Below are positions 1-9,861 of a stretch of DNA of 64,000 nt, in pieces. Under the pieces are notes generated by a model. The model was not told the DNA's origin and searched no databases. It worked only from the letters and a program-made list of their open reading frames with translations. Position numbers and translations under genes: made by a program. Location: contig JAVBPX010000004.1 in assembly GCA_031549365.1 (NCBI GenBank), forward strand, positions 32,001-96,000. Direction: 5' to 3'. Within the stretch, counting starts at the first letter, position 1, and each line of letters begins with the position of its first letter. The stretch comes from Alphaproteobacteria bacterium (GTDB lineage Bacteria > Pseudomonadota > Alphaproteobacteria > Rs-D84).

Positions 1-1
1 A

Positions 2-436
2 ATAATTTATTTCAGTCCTCGCGGGAAACCATTAAACCAACAAATGGTTCGTGAATTTGCAAAATGCGAAAACATTACATTAATTTGTGGCCGATACGAA
101 GGCTTGGACCAACGCGTAATCGATGAATATAATATGACTGAAATCTCAATTGGCGATTATATTTTATCTGGCGGCGAATTGGCAGCCCAAGTTTTTATTG
201 ACACTATCGTTCGTTTATTGGACAATGTGGTAAACAGCAAAGAAAGTCTTTGCAACGAAAGTTTCGAAATGGGATATTTGGAATACCCTCATTTCACCAG
301 ACCGGAAACATGGCGTGGACGGGGCGTCCCAGAAGTCCTGTTGTCTGGTCATCACAAAAAGATCACGGACTGGCGTCGTGACATGGCGATTGAAATCACC
401 AGGGAACGCAGACCAGATCTTTTGAAAAACAAATAA
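2..436 (+). CDS. trmD: tRNA (guanine37-N1)-methyltransferase, 5'-truncated by the window edge
   Basis: Motifs LICGRYEGLDQRV, SIGDYILSGGE and LEYPHFTRP; directly upstream of rplS. Confidence 0.97.
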   Translation: MIYFSPRGKPLNQQMVREFAKCENITLICGRYEGLDQRVIDEYNMTEISIGDYILSGGELAAQVFIDTIVRLLDNVVNSKESLCNESFEMGYLEYPHFTRPETWRGRGVPEVLLSGHHKKITDWRRDMAIEITRERRPDLLKNK

Positions 437-451
437 AAGGAAAAATAAAAA

Positions 452-856
452 ATGACAAACATCATTAAAAAAATCGAAAACAAACAAATCGAAAAATTGA
501 CTGCGGATCGCGCCATCCCTGACTTCAAGGCTGGGGACACTCTGAAAGTTTACGTTAAAATCAAAGAAGGCGACAAAACACGTACCCAGTTGTTCGAAGG
601 CGTATGCATTTCACGCACTGGTGCTGGATCAAACGCAATGTTCACAGTACGCAAAGAATCACACGGTGTTGGTGTTGAACGCAAATTTCCATTGTATTCA
701 CCAATGATTGAAAAAATCGAAAAAATCCGTATTGGTTCTGTTCGTCGCGCTAAATTATATTTCTTGCGCAAATTGTCCGGCAAGAAAGCACGTATCGTCG
801 AAGATTTGTCTGCGACTGCTGCTGAAAAAGCTGAACGTAACGCCGCAAAAAAATAA
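452..856 (+). CDS. rplS: 50S ribosomal protein L19
   Basis: [34 protein letters not shown]; RBS AAGGA. Confidence 0.98.
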   Translation: MTNIIKKIENKQIEKLTADRAIPDFKAGDTLKVYVKIKEGDKTRTQLFEGVCISRTGAGSNAMFTVRKESHGVGVERKFPLYSPMIEKIEKIRIGSVRRAKLYFLRKLSGKKARIVEDLSATAAEKAERNAAKK

Positions 857-872
857 CAGCAAAGGTGTAATA

Positions 873-1352
873 ATGAATATCCTGGGCCGTATTTTAAAAT
901 CATTGCGCAAACTGGCAGATTCAGATCGTCCCGTCGAAGCAATCCTGGGATTATTCATTATTGTCATCGCTGTTTACTTTCTTGTTGTTGGAATTACCTC
1001 AAAAACTACAAATGTTGTTGGCGGCTATACGCTGAACACAACTGTTGACAGCGTTGCCAACCTACCTACTGGATCATTTGTTATGATTCACGGCATCCAA
1101 GTTGGAACCGTATCAAACATTCATTTGAACCCAACAAACTATCGCGTTCATATACAAATGAACATCAATTCAAATATTAAAATTCCGAACGATTCAAGTG
1201 TTGAAATCGTGTCTGCTGGATTAATGTCCGATAAATATATTCGTGTCATTCCTGGATCATCCAACGAAACATTTAAACCAAATGACAATGTTCCCGGCAA
1301 ATCTGCCGAAACATTGGAAGAAATGATTGGCAAAATGGTATTTTCATTATGA
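873..1352 (+). CDS. mlaD: MlaD/MCE-family lipid asymmetry maintenance protein
   Basis: N-terminal TM helix, then MCE signature (GSFVMIHGIQVGTVSNI, IPNDSSVEIVSAGLMSDKYIRVIPG); start moved to ATG 873 after AAAGGTG. Confidence 0.85.
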   Translation: MNILGRILKSLRKLADSDRPVEAILGLFIIVIAVYFLVVGITSKTTNVVGGYTLNTTVDSVANLPTGSFVMIHGIQVGTVSNIHLNPTNYRVHIQMNINSNIKIPNDSSVEIVSAGLMSDKYIRVIPGSSNETFKPNDNVPGKSAETLEEMIGKMVFSL

Positions 1353-1738
1353 AGAATTTATTGATCGCACTATTTTTAATTATACCACTAACCGCTTTTT
1401 CGGATGATGTCGATGTTGTTCAAAATGACACATCATTAATCGCAAAAAAATCTGCCACTTTACAAATTTTAGATAAACCATCTGGCAAAACAAAAACAAT
1501 TACTATACCATTAAATCACACGGAAAAATTCGATAAATTATCAATAACCGCCCTGGCCTGTTATCAAACACCAGAATACCGGGCCGAAGAACACACCGTG
1601 TTTTTACAAATAAAAAAACGCACTGGCGCCGATTCTCGCGACCAACAGATATTTTCTGGCTGGATGTATAAAAACGTTCCTGGCCAAAATCCAATCCAAG
1701 ACGACACATACGACGTTTGGCTTATTAATTGCCAATAA
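1349..1738 (+). CDS. DUF2155-family exported protein
   Basis: Signal peptide; ATLQILDK, IFSGWM and YDVWLINC motifs typical of the alphaproteobacterial DUF2155 gene that follows mlaD. Confidence 0.8.
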   Translation: MKNLLIALFLIIPLTAFSDDVDVVQNDTSLIAKKSATLQILDKPSGKTKTITIPLNHTEKFDKLSITALACYQTPEYRAEEHTVFLQIKKRTGADSRDQQIFSGWMYKNVPGQNPIQDDTYDVWLINCQ

Positions 1739-1835
1739 AATTTAATCTTTATTTTTGCGAATAGCACATCCAATCTTTGATTGACAAGCACATCGCCATC
1801 CTTAAATTCCTAGATTTTTCATCAAACAAAAAATT

Positions 1836-1955
1836 ATCAATCAAAATATGATCATTGGATGTATTGCCGACGTTTTTTCAGCGGACGGAGTGTATTCGAC
1901 ATACATGACCCCGCGAAAAAACGAACAATGCGCCTTTGGGCGCATTTTCATTGAT
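1836..1955 (+). repeat. Long-hairpin interspersed element (ERIC/RPE-1-like), copy 1
   Basis: Arms ATCAATCAAAAT / ATTTTCATTGAT; inner stem CGTTTTTTC / GAAAAAACG; apical GGAG-TGTAT-tcgac-ATACA-TGAC. Confidence 0.8.
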
Positions 1956-2809
1956 TAATTACTCATTTTTTGCATCATCAATCCGGTACCCACATTCAAC
2001 AATGGACTCAACCCACTACCCTGTTGGGTAATTGACATAACTGATTGCATGGTGTCGCCCAAATTTCCACCGGCCCCACCAGATCCCGCAGCACCGATAA
2101 CCTGGGTCGCGAATCCCATCCATGCTTCTTGTTTCTTTTTATTCAATTGAACAACCGAACATTTCTCGGTTTTTTCAATCAATTTATTTGCTTGATTAAA
2201 TTCAGATGATAAATAATCCTCTGGTCCAAAATATGAATTGGAAATCACTGCAAATATATCATACACATTGCTGACCGTAATCGCGGTTGATTCCGCATCG
2301 TAATCATTTTTTTTAACCTTGGCTGTTTCTGGTTTTGGGAAACCGTTCCAAACCATGCTTGCATCCGCCGCAGAATCAAAAATCGGAGTACATGGCGAAA
2401 CGCCAGACGCACCACGGTAAATATAATTTGCGTTCACAGAATAATTGCTGGTCGCGTTACCACAAATCATCATCCCCTTGCCCATTGCAGCAATAAATGT
2501 ATTCGCATCCACAGAATTCGTTTTTGCCAATTCTTGGACCATTTTTGTAACAAACGCAACATCTGACGCCGAAGGCGCACATTCAGCACTCATTGATTTA
2601 ATATTTCGATTAATGCTGACAGCTCCCATCCCCAATGCAATGGCTGATTGTAATAAATTATCACCCAACATATTTTTATTCCCAGCCGTCGTACCCGAAG
2701 CCCCGATTGAACTGGCCTTTTTCACAGTATACGAAGACGCAGCCATGGCGTTATTGGCCATAACCACGGATAATATTGTCGGTAAAATAATTGCTCCCTT
2801 CCTGAACAT
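1955..2809 (-). CDS. Hypothetical exported protein with Gly-rich C-terminus
   Basis: 284-aa ORF with signal peptide (ending AMA), 4 Cys, C-terminal GAAGSGGAGG; TGaTATAAT 6 nt before the ATG. Confidence 0.7.
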   Translation of the reverse strand: MFRKGAIILPTILSVVMANNAMAASSYTVKKASSIGASGTTAGNKNMLGDNLLQSAIALGMGAVSINRNIKSMSAECAPSASDVAFVTKMVQELAKTNSVDANTFIAAMGKGMMICGNATSNYSVNANYIYRGASGVSPCTPIFDSAADASMVWNGFPKPETAKVKKNDYDAESTAITVSNVYDIFAVISNSYFGPEDYLSSEFNQANKLIEKTEKCSVVQLNKKKQEAWMGFATQVIGAAGSGGAGGNLGDTMQSVMSITQQGSGLSPLLNVGTGLMMQKMSN

Positions 2810-2896
2810 ACTGATATTATATCACGAAATGAAAAGCTGTGCAAAACATTTTTTATGGTTGTATTTTGGAAAATCTGTTGGTAAAATCAACAAACT

Positions 2897-3412
2897 ATGA
2901 AAAAAAAATCAAACAACAGACAATTGATTGTAACAACGCGACACAAACGGACAAACCGTCGTTTGCGTTATTTTTTTGTTATGTCTGGAATGTTATTATT
3001 GGTTGCATTAATCGTTGCTCCGACACTACGTCGCGAATTATTATTTACACCAATCGAAATTCCGCGCACAAATATCGCCCAACCGGATCAATTTCGCATA
3101 TCCGACGCATCATTTGCAGGACACGACAATAACAACAACCCTTTCACAATGCAGGCAAAAACCGCCCGCCAGGAATTTAACGATTCAGATCGCATATTTG
3201 TTGAACAAATTCATGCAACAATGATCCAAGTTGATGGCATAAAAAACGATATCCGTGCCACACACGGCGTTTATACTAAATCAAAGAATGAAATTAAATT
3301 AACTGGCAATGTAACAGTTAAGTCATCCGATGGCAACACATTGCAAACTCATGAACTGGTCATATTGGTCAAAGGATCAATGGATTTAATGCCAACCACA
3401 CGGGGGAAATAA
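2897..3412 (+). CDS. lptC: LPS export periplasmic protein LptC
   Basis: Single N-terminal TM, beta-jellyroll-like segment (GHDNNNNPFTMQAKTARQ, LTGNVTV); overlaps the lptB start. Confidence 0.75.
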   Translation: MKKKSNNRQLIVTTRHKRTNRRLRYFFVMSGMLLLVALIVAPTLRRELLFTPIEIPRTNIAQPDQFRISDASFAGHDNNNNPFTMQAKTARQEFNDSDRIFVEQIHATMIQVDGIKNDIRATHGVYTKSKNEIKLTGNVTVKSSDGNTLQTHELVILVKGSMDLMPTTRGK

Positions 3413-4149
3413 TGTTCAAGGGAAATTCCGGAATTTTACGGGTCCGCAACCTGTCAAAAAAATACGGCAAGCGCACTGTGTTAAATGGTATTGATTTGGA
3501 AGTAAACCAGGGTGAATCCGTTGGATTATTGGGACCAAACGGCGCCGGCAAGACAACATGCTTTTACTGCATAACCGGTCAGATCAAGGCATCCGGCGGT
3601 CAAATATTTTTAAATTCCCAAGACATTACCCATCTACCTTTCTTTCAACGAGCACGTTTAAAAATTGGATATTTACCACAAGAGGCTTCGGTGTTCCGTT
3701 CTCTGACCGTGGCTGAAAACATCATGGCAATTTTGGAAGTGGTCGAACCAGATTCAAAAAAACGTTTGGAAAAACTGGATAATTTACTAAACGAATTTTC
3801 AATCAAACATTTGGAAAAATCACCAGCCATTGCGTTATCCGGCGGCGAACGTCGCCGTGTAGAAATCGCACGAGCATTGGCATCCGATCCAAAATTTATT
3901 TTATTGGACGAACCATTCGCCGGCATTGATCCAATTGCAGTTAACGACATCCGTGTATTGGTATCGCATTTAAAAAATCGCGGTCTGGGCGTTATCATAA
4001 CGGATCACAATGTTCGCGAAACATTGGGTATTACCGATCGCGCATATGTATTGCATGGTGGAAAAATTTTAAAACACGGAACATCGGCAGAAATCATTGG
4101 CGACAAATCTGTCCGCAAAGTATACCTGGGCGAAGATTTCAAATTATAA
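3412..4149 (+). CDS. lptB: LPS export ABC transporter ATP-binding protein
   Basis: GLLGPNGAGKTT, GYLPQEASVFR, LSGGERRRVEIAR, LLDEPFAGIDP, ITDHNVRETL. Confidence 0.97.
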   Translation: MFKGNSGILRVRNLSKKYGKRTVLNGIDLEVNQGESVGLLGPNGAGKTTCFYCITGQIKASGGQIFLNSQDITHLPFFQRARLKIGYLPQEASVFRSLTVAENIMAILEVVEPDSKKRLEKLDNLLNEFSIKHLEKSPAIALSGGERRRVEIARALASDPKFILLDEPFAGIDPIAVNDIRVLVSHLKNRGLGVIITDHNVRETLGITDRAYVLHGGKILKHGTSAEIIGDKSVRKVYLGEDFKL

Positions 4150-4186
4150 TAAAAATCTCACAAAAATAATTTTATACCCAAAACTA

Positions 4187-4314
4187 TAAAACACATCAAA
4201 ATGGGATGAATGTAAAGAATTTTTTAATTTTTTCGGACCGCGGTGTATATGAACATACATAAGGTTCGAAAAAATTAAAAACTTATTTTCAGTCGCCCGT
4301 TTTCATGTGTTTTA
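4187..4314 (+). repeat. Long-hairpin interspersed element, copy 2
   Basis: TAAAACACATCAAAATGGG / CCCGTTTTCATGTGTTTTA; inner TTTTTAATTTTTTCG / CGAAAAAATTAAAAA; apical CCGCGG-TGTAT-atgaac-ATACA-TAAGG; right end contains the tolA stop codon. Confidence 0.88.
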
Positions 4315-5022
4315 TTGAATACTACCGGTGGCTGGGTAAAAAGTCAACCGCACAGAACTCCACACATCATACATTTCCGTTGGCAACATTGAAAACGGTT
4401 GGCAAACCGAAATTGCCATTTTAACCGTATCCAAAGCATATAAAAATGCAGAATCGTTTCGAGATTCTTCGTCAAACCAAACGCTGTTAACGCGCCCTTC
4501 GCGCGATAACGACATATGCGCAACGATCCGAACATTTTCCAATCCAGGTCGCATTGAATCAATATGCCAACAACGCGTCATAGCAACACGTAATGCATCT
4601 GTAACCGACACGGTCATTGTGCGATTTAACGGCGCAGATGTGCGATTAACCATCATAACTTTATTCGGTTGAATTGGTTTTTTTTCAACCACTTTTTCGT
4701 TTGATTCGCCCTGACCCACTTCTTTGGCGGCGTTCACAGGCGTAACATCACCAGCAACAATTGTTTTATCACGCGTAATTTTAACAGACGACAAATCAAT
4801 ATCAATTATTTTCATACGCTCTGGGGCAACAACAATATCATCCGTCGCAAAAATAAACGACGTTAACAACATTGCGACAACAATTAAATGAACAATCGTG
4901 GACAACCCGATATTTTCCAATAAAAATTCTTTTTTGTGACGCGGAATATTTACAAACCAGTCGGCAAATTGACGCGCCCATAATTGAATTTTTAATAAAA
5001 ACTTTTTGAGTCTATCTTTCAT
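4312..5022 (-). CDS. tolA: Short TolA-like cell envelope protein
   Basis: TM with S-x3-H motif (STIVH); C-terminal TolA/TonB_C-like domain (RCW...CQPFSMLP); follows tolQR. Confidence 0.7.
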   Translation of the reverse strand: MKDRLKKFLLKIQLWARQFADWFVNIPRHKKEFLLENIGLSTIVHLIVVAMLLTSFIFATDDIVVAPERMKIIDIDLSSVKITRDKTIVAGDVTPVNAAKEVGQGESNEKVVEKKPIQPNKVMMVNRTSAPLNRTMTVSVTDALRVAMTRCWHIDSMRPGLENVRIVAHMSLSREGRVNSVWFDEESRNDSAFLYALDTVKMAISVCQPFSMLPTEMYDVWSSVRLTFYPATGSIQ

Positions 5023-5423
5023 TAATCTGGAATCCGTGTACGTAATCCAACGCGAGCAAACCCGGCATCCTTTAATGCACCCATTAATTCAATTACTTGG
5101 CCATACGATGCGGCCTGATCTCCATTAATCATAATTGTTAATTTTTCATTTTCTGTTTTCATGGCCAACATTTTTTTAACAATTGCAGATTTGGTCATTT
5201 CAGCCTTGCCCATATAATAACGGCCACGATTATCAACACTTAATTGAATTGCATGATCATCACCGGATACAGATCCATGACCCGCTTTTGGCAAATCCAA
5301 ATCCAAGCCACTGGTCATCATTGGCGTTGTAACAACAAACACAGCCAATAAAACCGTCATAACATCAATCATAGGCGTTAATGTTAACGTAGCCGAATTA
5401 TCCAAAGAATTTCTGCGTGCCAT
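5022..5423 (-). CDS. tolR: TolR/ExbD biopolymer transport protein
   Basis: LTPMIDVMTVLLAVFVVTTPM, GDQAASYGQVIELMGALKDAG. Confidence 0.9.
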   Translation of the reverse strand: MARRNSLDNSATLTLTPMIDVMTVLLAVFVVTTPMMTSGLDLDLPKAGHGSVSGDDHAIQLSVDNRGRYYMGKAEMTKSAIVKKMLAMKTENEKLTIMINGDQAASYGQVIELMGALKDAGFARVGLRTRIPD

Positions 5424-5427
5424 TTAA

Positions 5428-6045
5428 TTATGCCCCTGGGTTCATAATATCAATTGATGCTTTGACCATTAAATCTTTTTTAACCACATCAATTCTGTTA
5501 TATAAATCGTCATTTCTCTTTACAAAATATTGATAAAACACAGCGGCTGGGATCGCAACAATTAATCCCAATGCAGTTGTCCCCAAAGCCACGGCAATCC
5601 CAGGCGCAACAACAGCCAGAGATGTTGATTGATTTGCCCCAATGGATGCAAATGTCTGCATAACACCCCAAATTGTTCCAAACAATCCAACAAAAGGCGC
5701 AACAACAGATGCCATAGATAAAAAGTACAAACGATTATCAAATGTTGCAATTAATTTATCTTGCAACATATCCAAACGCGTTTGTAATTGCTCCAAAACA
5801 TTCGACGCATTGGAATTTGCAACACGAACACCATTTGGACGCAATAATTCACGAGCGGTTTTTTCAGCTTCTGCACGGAACATACTCATAACCATTCCAG
5901 TTTTCTTTTCTGCGCCAAATAAACGAAATTTTTCAACAATAATCGCCCAAGTAATAATTGATCCTGCAACTAATAATAATGACGCCAACAACACCATTAA
6001 ATCATCGCCACCAAACAACATCAATAATGAAAAATCAGATTTCAT
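5428..6045 (-). CDS. tolQ: TolQ/ExbB proton channel protein
   Basis: APFVGLFGTIWGVMQTF, SLAVVAPGIAVALGTTALGL; ybgC-tolQ-tolR order. Confidence 0.92.
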   Translation of the reverse strand: MKSDFSLLMLFGGDDLMVLLASLLLVAGSIITWAIIVEKFRLFGAEKKTGMVMSMFRAEAEKTARELLRPNGVRVANSNASNVLEQLQTRLDMLQDKLIATFDNRLYFLSMASVVAPFVGLFGTIWGVMQTFASIGANQSTSLAVVAPGIAVALGTTALGLIVAIPAAVFYQYFVKRNDDLYNRIDVVKKDLMVKASIDIMNPGA

Positions 6046-6056
6046 GTTTTCTCCTT

Positions 6057-6461
6057 CTATTCTGAAATTTTAAAATAAGGCAGCCATTCATCCGGAATTC
6101 GTTTCGGACGATGTGTCTTGCCATCAATAAATACAACGTTTATTTTTAATACTGCACATTCTTCGCCATTAAAAACAAATTTCTGTTCAACTGTAACACG
6201 CGCAGATGTCAAATGTATCGTTTTTGATTCAATGACAAATGTCTGTCCCAACATTAATGGTTTTATATATTTTATATCCAATGAATGAATTACCCAAATC
6301 CCATCATCATGATCCATAAATGATGGCGCACCACGACGTTCAGCATCCAAAAACATTTGCGTACGGGCACGTTCTGCAATTTCAATATACCGGGCGTGAT
6401 AAACAATCCCGCCAGCATCCGTATCGGCATACGCAATTGTAAATTCAAATTTATGCATCAT
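6057..6461 (-). CDS. ybgC: Tol-pal-associated acyl-CoA thioesterase
   Basis: [13 protein letters not shown] hot-dog thioesterase motif; lies between ruvB and tolQ. Confidence 0.9.
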   Translation of the reverse strand: MMHKFEFTIAYADTDAGGIVYHARYIEIAERARTQMFLDAERRGAPSFMDHDDGIWVIHSLDIKYIKPLMLGQTFVIESKTIHLTSARVTVEQKFVFNGEECAVLKINVVFIDGKTHRPKRIPDEWLPYFKISE

Positions 6462-7470
6462 TTTCCCCGTTTTTTTTCGGACAAATAATTCCCAAATGAT
6501 CATATCCGCCTGCTGTTACCATGCGACCGCGAGGGGTCCTTTGCAAAAATCCCTGTTGTAATAAATATGGTTCAATCATGTCTTCGATTGTATCAATTGA
6601 TTCGGATAACATGGCCGCCAATGTTTCAATACCGACTGGACCACCAGCATAATGTTTAACAATCGCATTTAAATAGTTACGATCCATTTCATCCAAACCG
6701 CGTGCATCCACAGCCAATTGCTTTAAGGCCGCATTAATTATTTCTGCTGAAATTGTATCTGATTTCATTACCTGGGCAAAATCACGAACTCGTTTTAATA
6801 AACGATTTGCAATACGTGGTGTTCCACGGGATGATACAGCCAAACAACGCGCACCATCATCATCAATTTTAATTCCCAGTATCGCTGCGCTGCGCCTAAT
6901 AATCGTTGCCAATGCGTCGACATCATAAAAATTCAACCGCATGCCAATTCCAAAACGATCACGTAATGGGTTTGATAATAGCCCCGTACGGGTTGTCGCG
7001 CCAATCAATGTAAAAGGAGGCAAATCAATTTTAACAGAACGTGCTGTTGGACCCTCGCCAATCATGATATCCAACTGATAATCTTCCATCGCAGAATACA
7101 ATACTTCCTCGATCGATGTGGATAAACGATGAATTTCATCAATGAATAAAACATCCATCGGTTCCAAATTTGTTAATATCGCAGCTAAATCGCCCTGTTT
7201 TGTTAACATCGGCGCAGAAGTTGATCGAAATCCAACGCCCAACTCGGATGAAACAATATGCGCCAACGTGGTTTTTCCCAACCCCGGTGGGCCATAAAAT
7301 AAAACATGGTCCATTGCTTCACGACGATCACGTGCGGCCGATATAAAAACAGACAAATTATTTTTCATATCATCTTGGCCGATAAAATCACACAACGTTT
7401 TTGGGCGAACAGAAGTCATAGCATCGTCCCGAATCGTTGGATCAATAAAACGCTTGTTTGTATCGTTCAT
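6451..7470 (-). CDS. ruvB: Holliday junction branch migration helicase RuvB
   Basis: [50 protein letters not shown]. Confidence 0.98.
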   Translation of the reverse strand: MNDTNKRFIDPTIRDDAMTSVRPKTLCDFIGQDDMKNNLSVFISAARDRREAMDHVLFYGPPGLGKTTLAHIVSSELGVGFRSTSAPMLTKQGDLAAILTNLEPMDVLFIDEIHRLSTSIEEVLYSAMEDYQLDIMIGEGPTARSVKIDLPPFTLIGATTRTGLLSNPLRDRFGIGMRLNFYDVDALATIIRRSAAILGIKIDDDGARCLAVSSRGTPRIANRLLKRVRDFAQVMKSDTISAEIINAALKQLAVDARGLDEMDRNYLNAIVKHYAGGPVGIETLAAMLSESIDTIEDMIEPYLLQQGFLQRTPRGRMVTAGGYDHLGIICPKKNGENDA

Positions 7471-8123
7471 TATAACAACTTCATATCGTCTTTTTCTCGG
7501 CCGACATACCCCTTGATATCATCGTACAATTTACGTAATGTTGATGTATATTTTGCATCAGCACCCTTGATTAAAATTGTTTCCAATTTAATTTCAGCCT
7601 GAGTCTTTAAAACCTTGGTCAAATATGAACCAAATGATAACGATGATTGATCTTCGGCGTCACCCTGAATTAATAATCCACGATTTGGACGCGGAGATAA
7701 AAATGAAAAATCCTGGCGCGTGGTATTTGGCGAAACCATTACAAATCCTGAAACTTCTGGGCGACGCATTAAAGTTTGCATCACCAACCAAGCGCCAAAA
7801 TCGTATCCTGCCAACCATAACTTTGGGCTCTCTTCGTTTTTATTCTGAATCCAATCAATCACAACAGCAATATCCATCATATTGTTCAGAGGATCTGATT
7901 GATCGCCAGAAGACAATCCAACACCACGATAGTTAAATCTAACAACGGAAAAACCAATATCCGCAAACGCACGAAACATTCCGTATGACACACGATCATT
8001 CATATGACATCCATGTACGGGATCCCCTGGGAATACTACTGCCAATGGGGCATCATTAACCTCGGCCTTATGATAAACTGCATGAATTTTTCCAGCCTCG
8101 CCCGTAATAATTACATCAACCAT
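7470..8123 (-). CDS. Alpha/beta hydrolase fold protein (COG2945-like) with substituted catalytic residues
   Basis: [33 protein letters not shown]; RBS GGAAAGGA before ATG 8123. Confidence 0.8.
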   Translation of the reverse strand: MVDVIITGEAGKIHAVYHKAEVNDAPLAVVFPGDPVHGCHMNDRVSYGMFRAFADIGFSVVRFNYRGVGLSSGDQSDPLNNMMDIAVVIDWIQNKNEESPKLWLAGYDFGAWLVMQTLMRRPEVSGFVMVSPNTTRQDFSFLSPRPNRGLLIQGDAEDQSSLSFGSYLTKVLKTQAEIKLETILIKGADAKYTSTLRKLYDDIKGYVGREKDDMKLL

Positions 8124-8281
8124 AAAACTTTCCTTTCCATCTATGTTTATAACACCCACAGTCTAGTACAAAATGATAACAAAAAGCAATTGTAAAATTA
8201 CACTTTACAAAAGCGTGAATATTGTGGTATCAATACATGAAACAAACATAAAATTTCGGGGCAAGTTAAGGAGAATACACC

Positions 8282-9193
8282 ATGAACCGCCTAGTGATAG
8301 CATCAGCATTTATCGGATTAACCATACCGTGCGCATACGCCGTTGTTGGCCAAGATTTAAACCAAGTGTACGTTGCAAACACACCTGTGGCATCATATAT
8401 GGCGGTACCAAACGACCCATATTACGTTCCTGAAACTCAATTCATGCAGAGAACAGATTCTGTAAATTACGACGACAACATTGATTATGTTCGCACACAA
8501 ATGCAAACATCAAATCCTGGCGTTAATTTTGCAAAAAAACCCGTCGTTGTTTGCCGTAGTGCTGGTTGCACACGATTAAATGATCGTATTACCCGCACAT
8601 ATTTATTCAACAGCTTATCCAATTTATTTATGTTGAACGCACATTCACGCATGCATATTTGCGAGGCAGAACCCTTTACCCGCGCATGCTTGCAATCGGG
8701 AATTACTTTTCCGGCCCGCGTTGGCGCAGCCGCCGCATTAATCAAGGTTCCATACGCCCAAGTATCCCAGGTTTCACAAACTCCTGGCTTGTCGCGCACA
8801 CAAATTGAATTAACATATTCATTTTTAATCAACGGAATTGAAAACCAATGCAACCAAACCATTGCAGATATCGTAATTCCAAACAACGAACAGGTTTCAT
8901 TATTCAACCGCGATTTCACATGCCGCATGACATCCGACGCCCCCAGCAACGTTTCATTGTTATTAAACATTGATTACATTGATTTGGATTACGGCATTAT
9001 CGGCGGTTATTATTCATTCGGAATGCAGGGCCCAGCCCAAGGCGGCGGCACAGGATACGCATTATTCCGCACCGAATACACTTCAACATCGGGCCAGGTT
9101 AAAAATGCCAAAGGCTTGATATACGACCAAGTATCCGATTACGATAAAACAATTCGCCCTGGCGAATTCCAAGTGGGTCCCCTGGATAAATAA
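8282..9193 (+). CDS. Hypothetical exported Cys-containing protein
   Basis: 303-aa ORF with RBS AAGGAG, signal peptide and 6 mature Cys; stop overlaps the response regulator start. Confidence 0.75.
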   Translation: MNRLVIASAFIGLTIPCAYAVVGQDLNQVYVANTPVASYMAVPNDPYYVPETQFMQRTDSVNYDDNIDYVRTQMQTSNPGVNFAKKPVVVCRSAGCTRLNDRITRTYLFNSLSNLFMLNAHSRMHICEAEPFTRACLQSGITFPARVGAAAALIKVPYAQVSQVSQTPGLSRTQIELTYSFLINGIENQCNQTIADIVIPNNEQVSLFNRDFTCRMTSDAPSNVSLLLNIDYIDLDYGIIGGYYSFGMQGPAQGGGTGYALFRTEYTSTSGQVKNAKGLIYDQVSDYDKTIRPGEFQVGPLDK

Positions 9194-9855
9194 TGACAAG
9201 CACGATTCTGATCATTGACGATGACAACATGTTACGCGACACGTTGGCAGAATTGTTGCGCGAATCTTCATACACCGTATTAACCGCGGATTCTGCTGAA
9301 AATGGCCAAAAAATATTCGATAAATTTGATTGTGATTTAATTGTGCTGGACCGAATGATGCCGGGCATTGACGGATTGACATTATTAAAAAAATGGCGTG
9401 ATTCTGGTATTACAACACCGATTATTTTATTAACGGCATTGGGCGACACCGAAAATGTAATCGCCGGATTGCAAACAGGGGCTAACGATTATCTGGGCAA
9501 ACCATTCCATTCCACAGAATTGGTTCTACGCATCAATAACGCATTACGAACACAACCCGCAAAACCCGCGGAAACACTGGGCAAATATGGAATAAAAAAG
9601 CAAAATAATAATTACTATATTAATTCAAAAATTTGGAATTTAAACGAAACCGAACAAAAAATTTTTGACCTATTGATAAAACCGATTGGCGGCACTATAT
9701 CAAACGACGAAATTGTTAAAAAAACTGGGATGGCCGCAACATCAATTCCTATGGCTATCAAACGCTTGCGTATCAAAATAAAGTGTGCTATACCGTCGTT
9801 AAGCCTGCAAACAGTTTACAAACAAGGCTATAAAATTATACCAACCAAAGGTTAG
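9193..9855 (+). CDS. OmpR-family response regulator
   Basis: ILIIDDD, LDRMMPGIDG, LLTALG, GANDYLGKPF; C-terminal winged helix (QTVYKQGY). Confidence 0.92.
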   Translation: MTSTILIIDDDNMLRDTLAELLRESSYTVLTADSAENGQKIFDKFDCDLIVLDRMMPGIDGLTLLKKWRDSGITTPIILLTALGDTENVIAGLQTGANDYLGKPFHSTELVLRINNALRTQPAKPAETLGKYGIKKQNNNYYINSKIWNLNETEQKIFDLLIKPIGGTISNDEIVKKTGMAATSIPMAIKRLRIKIKCAIPSLSLQTVYKQGYKIIPTKG

Positions 9856-9861
9856 TGTACC

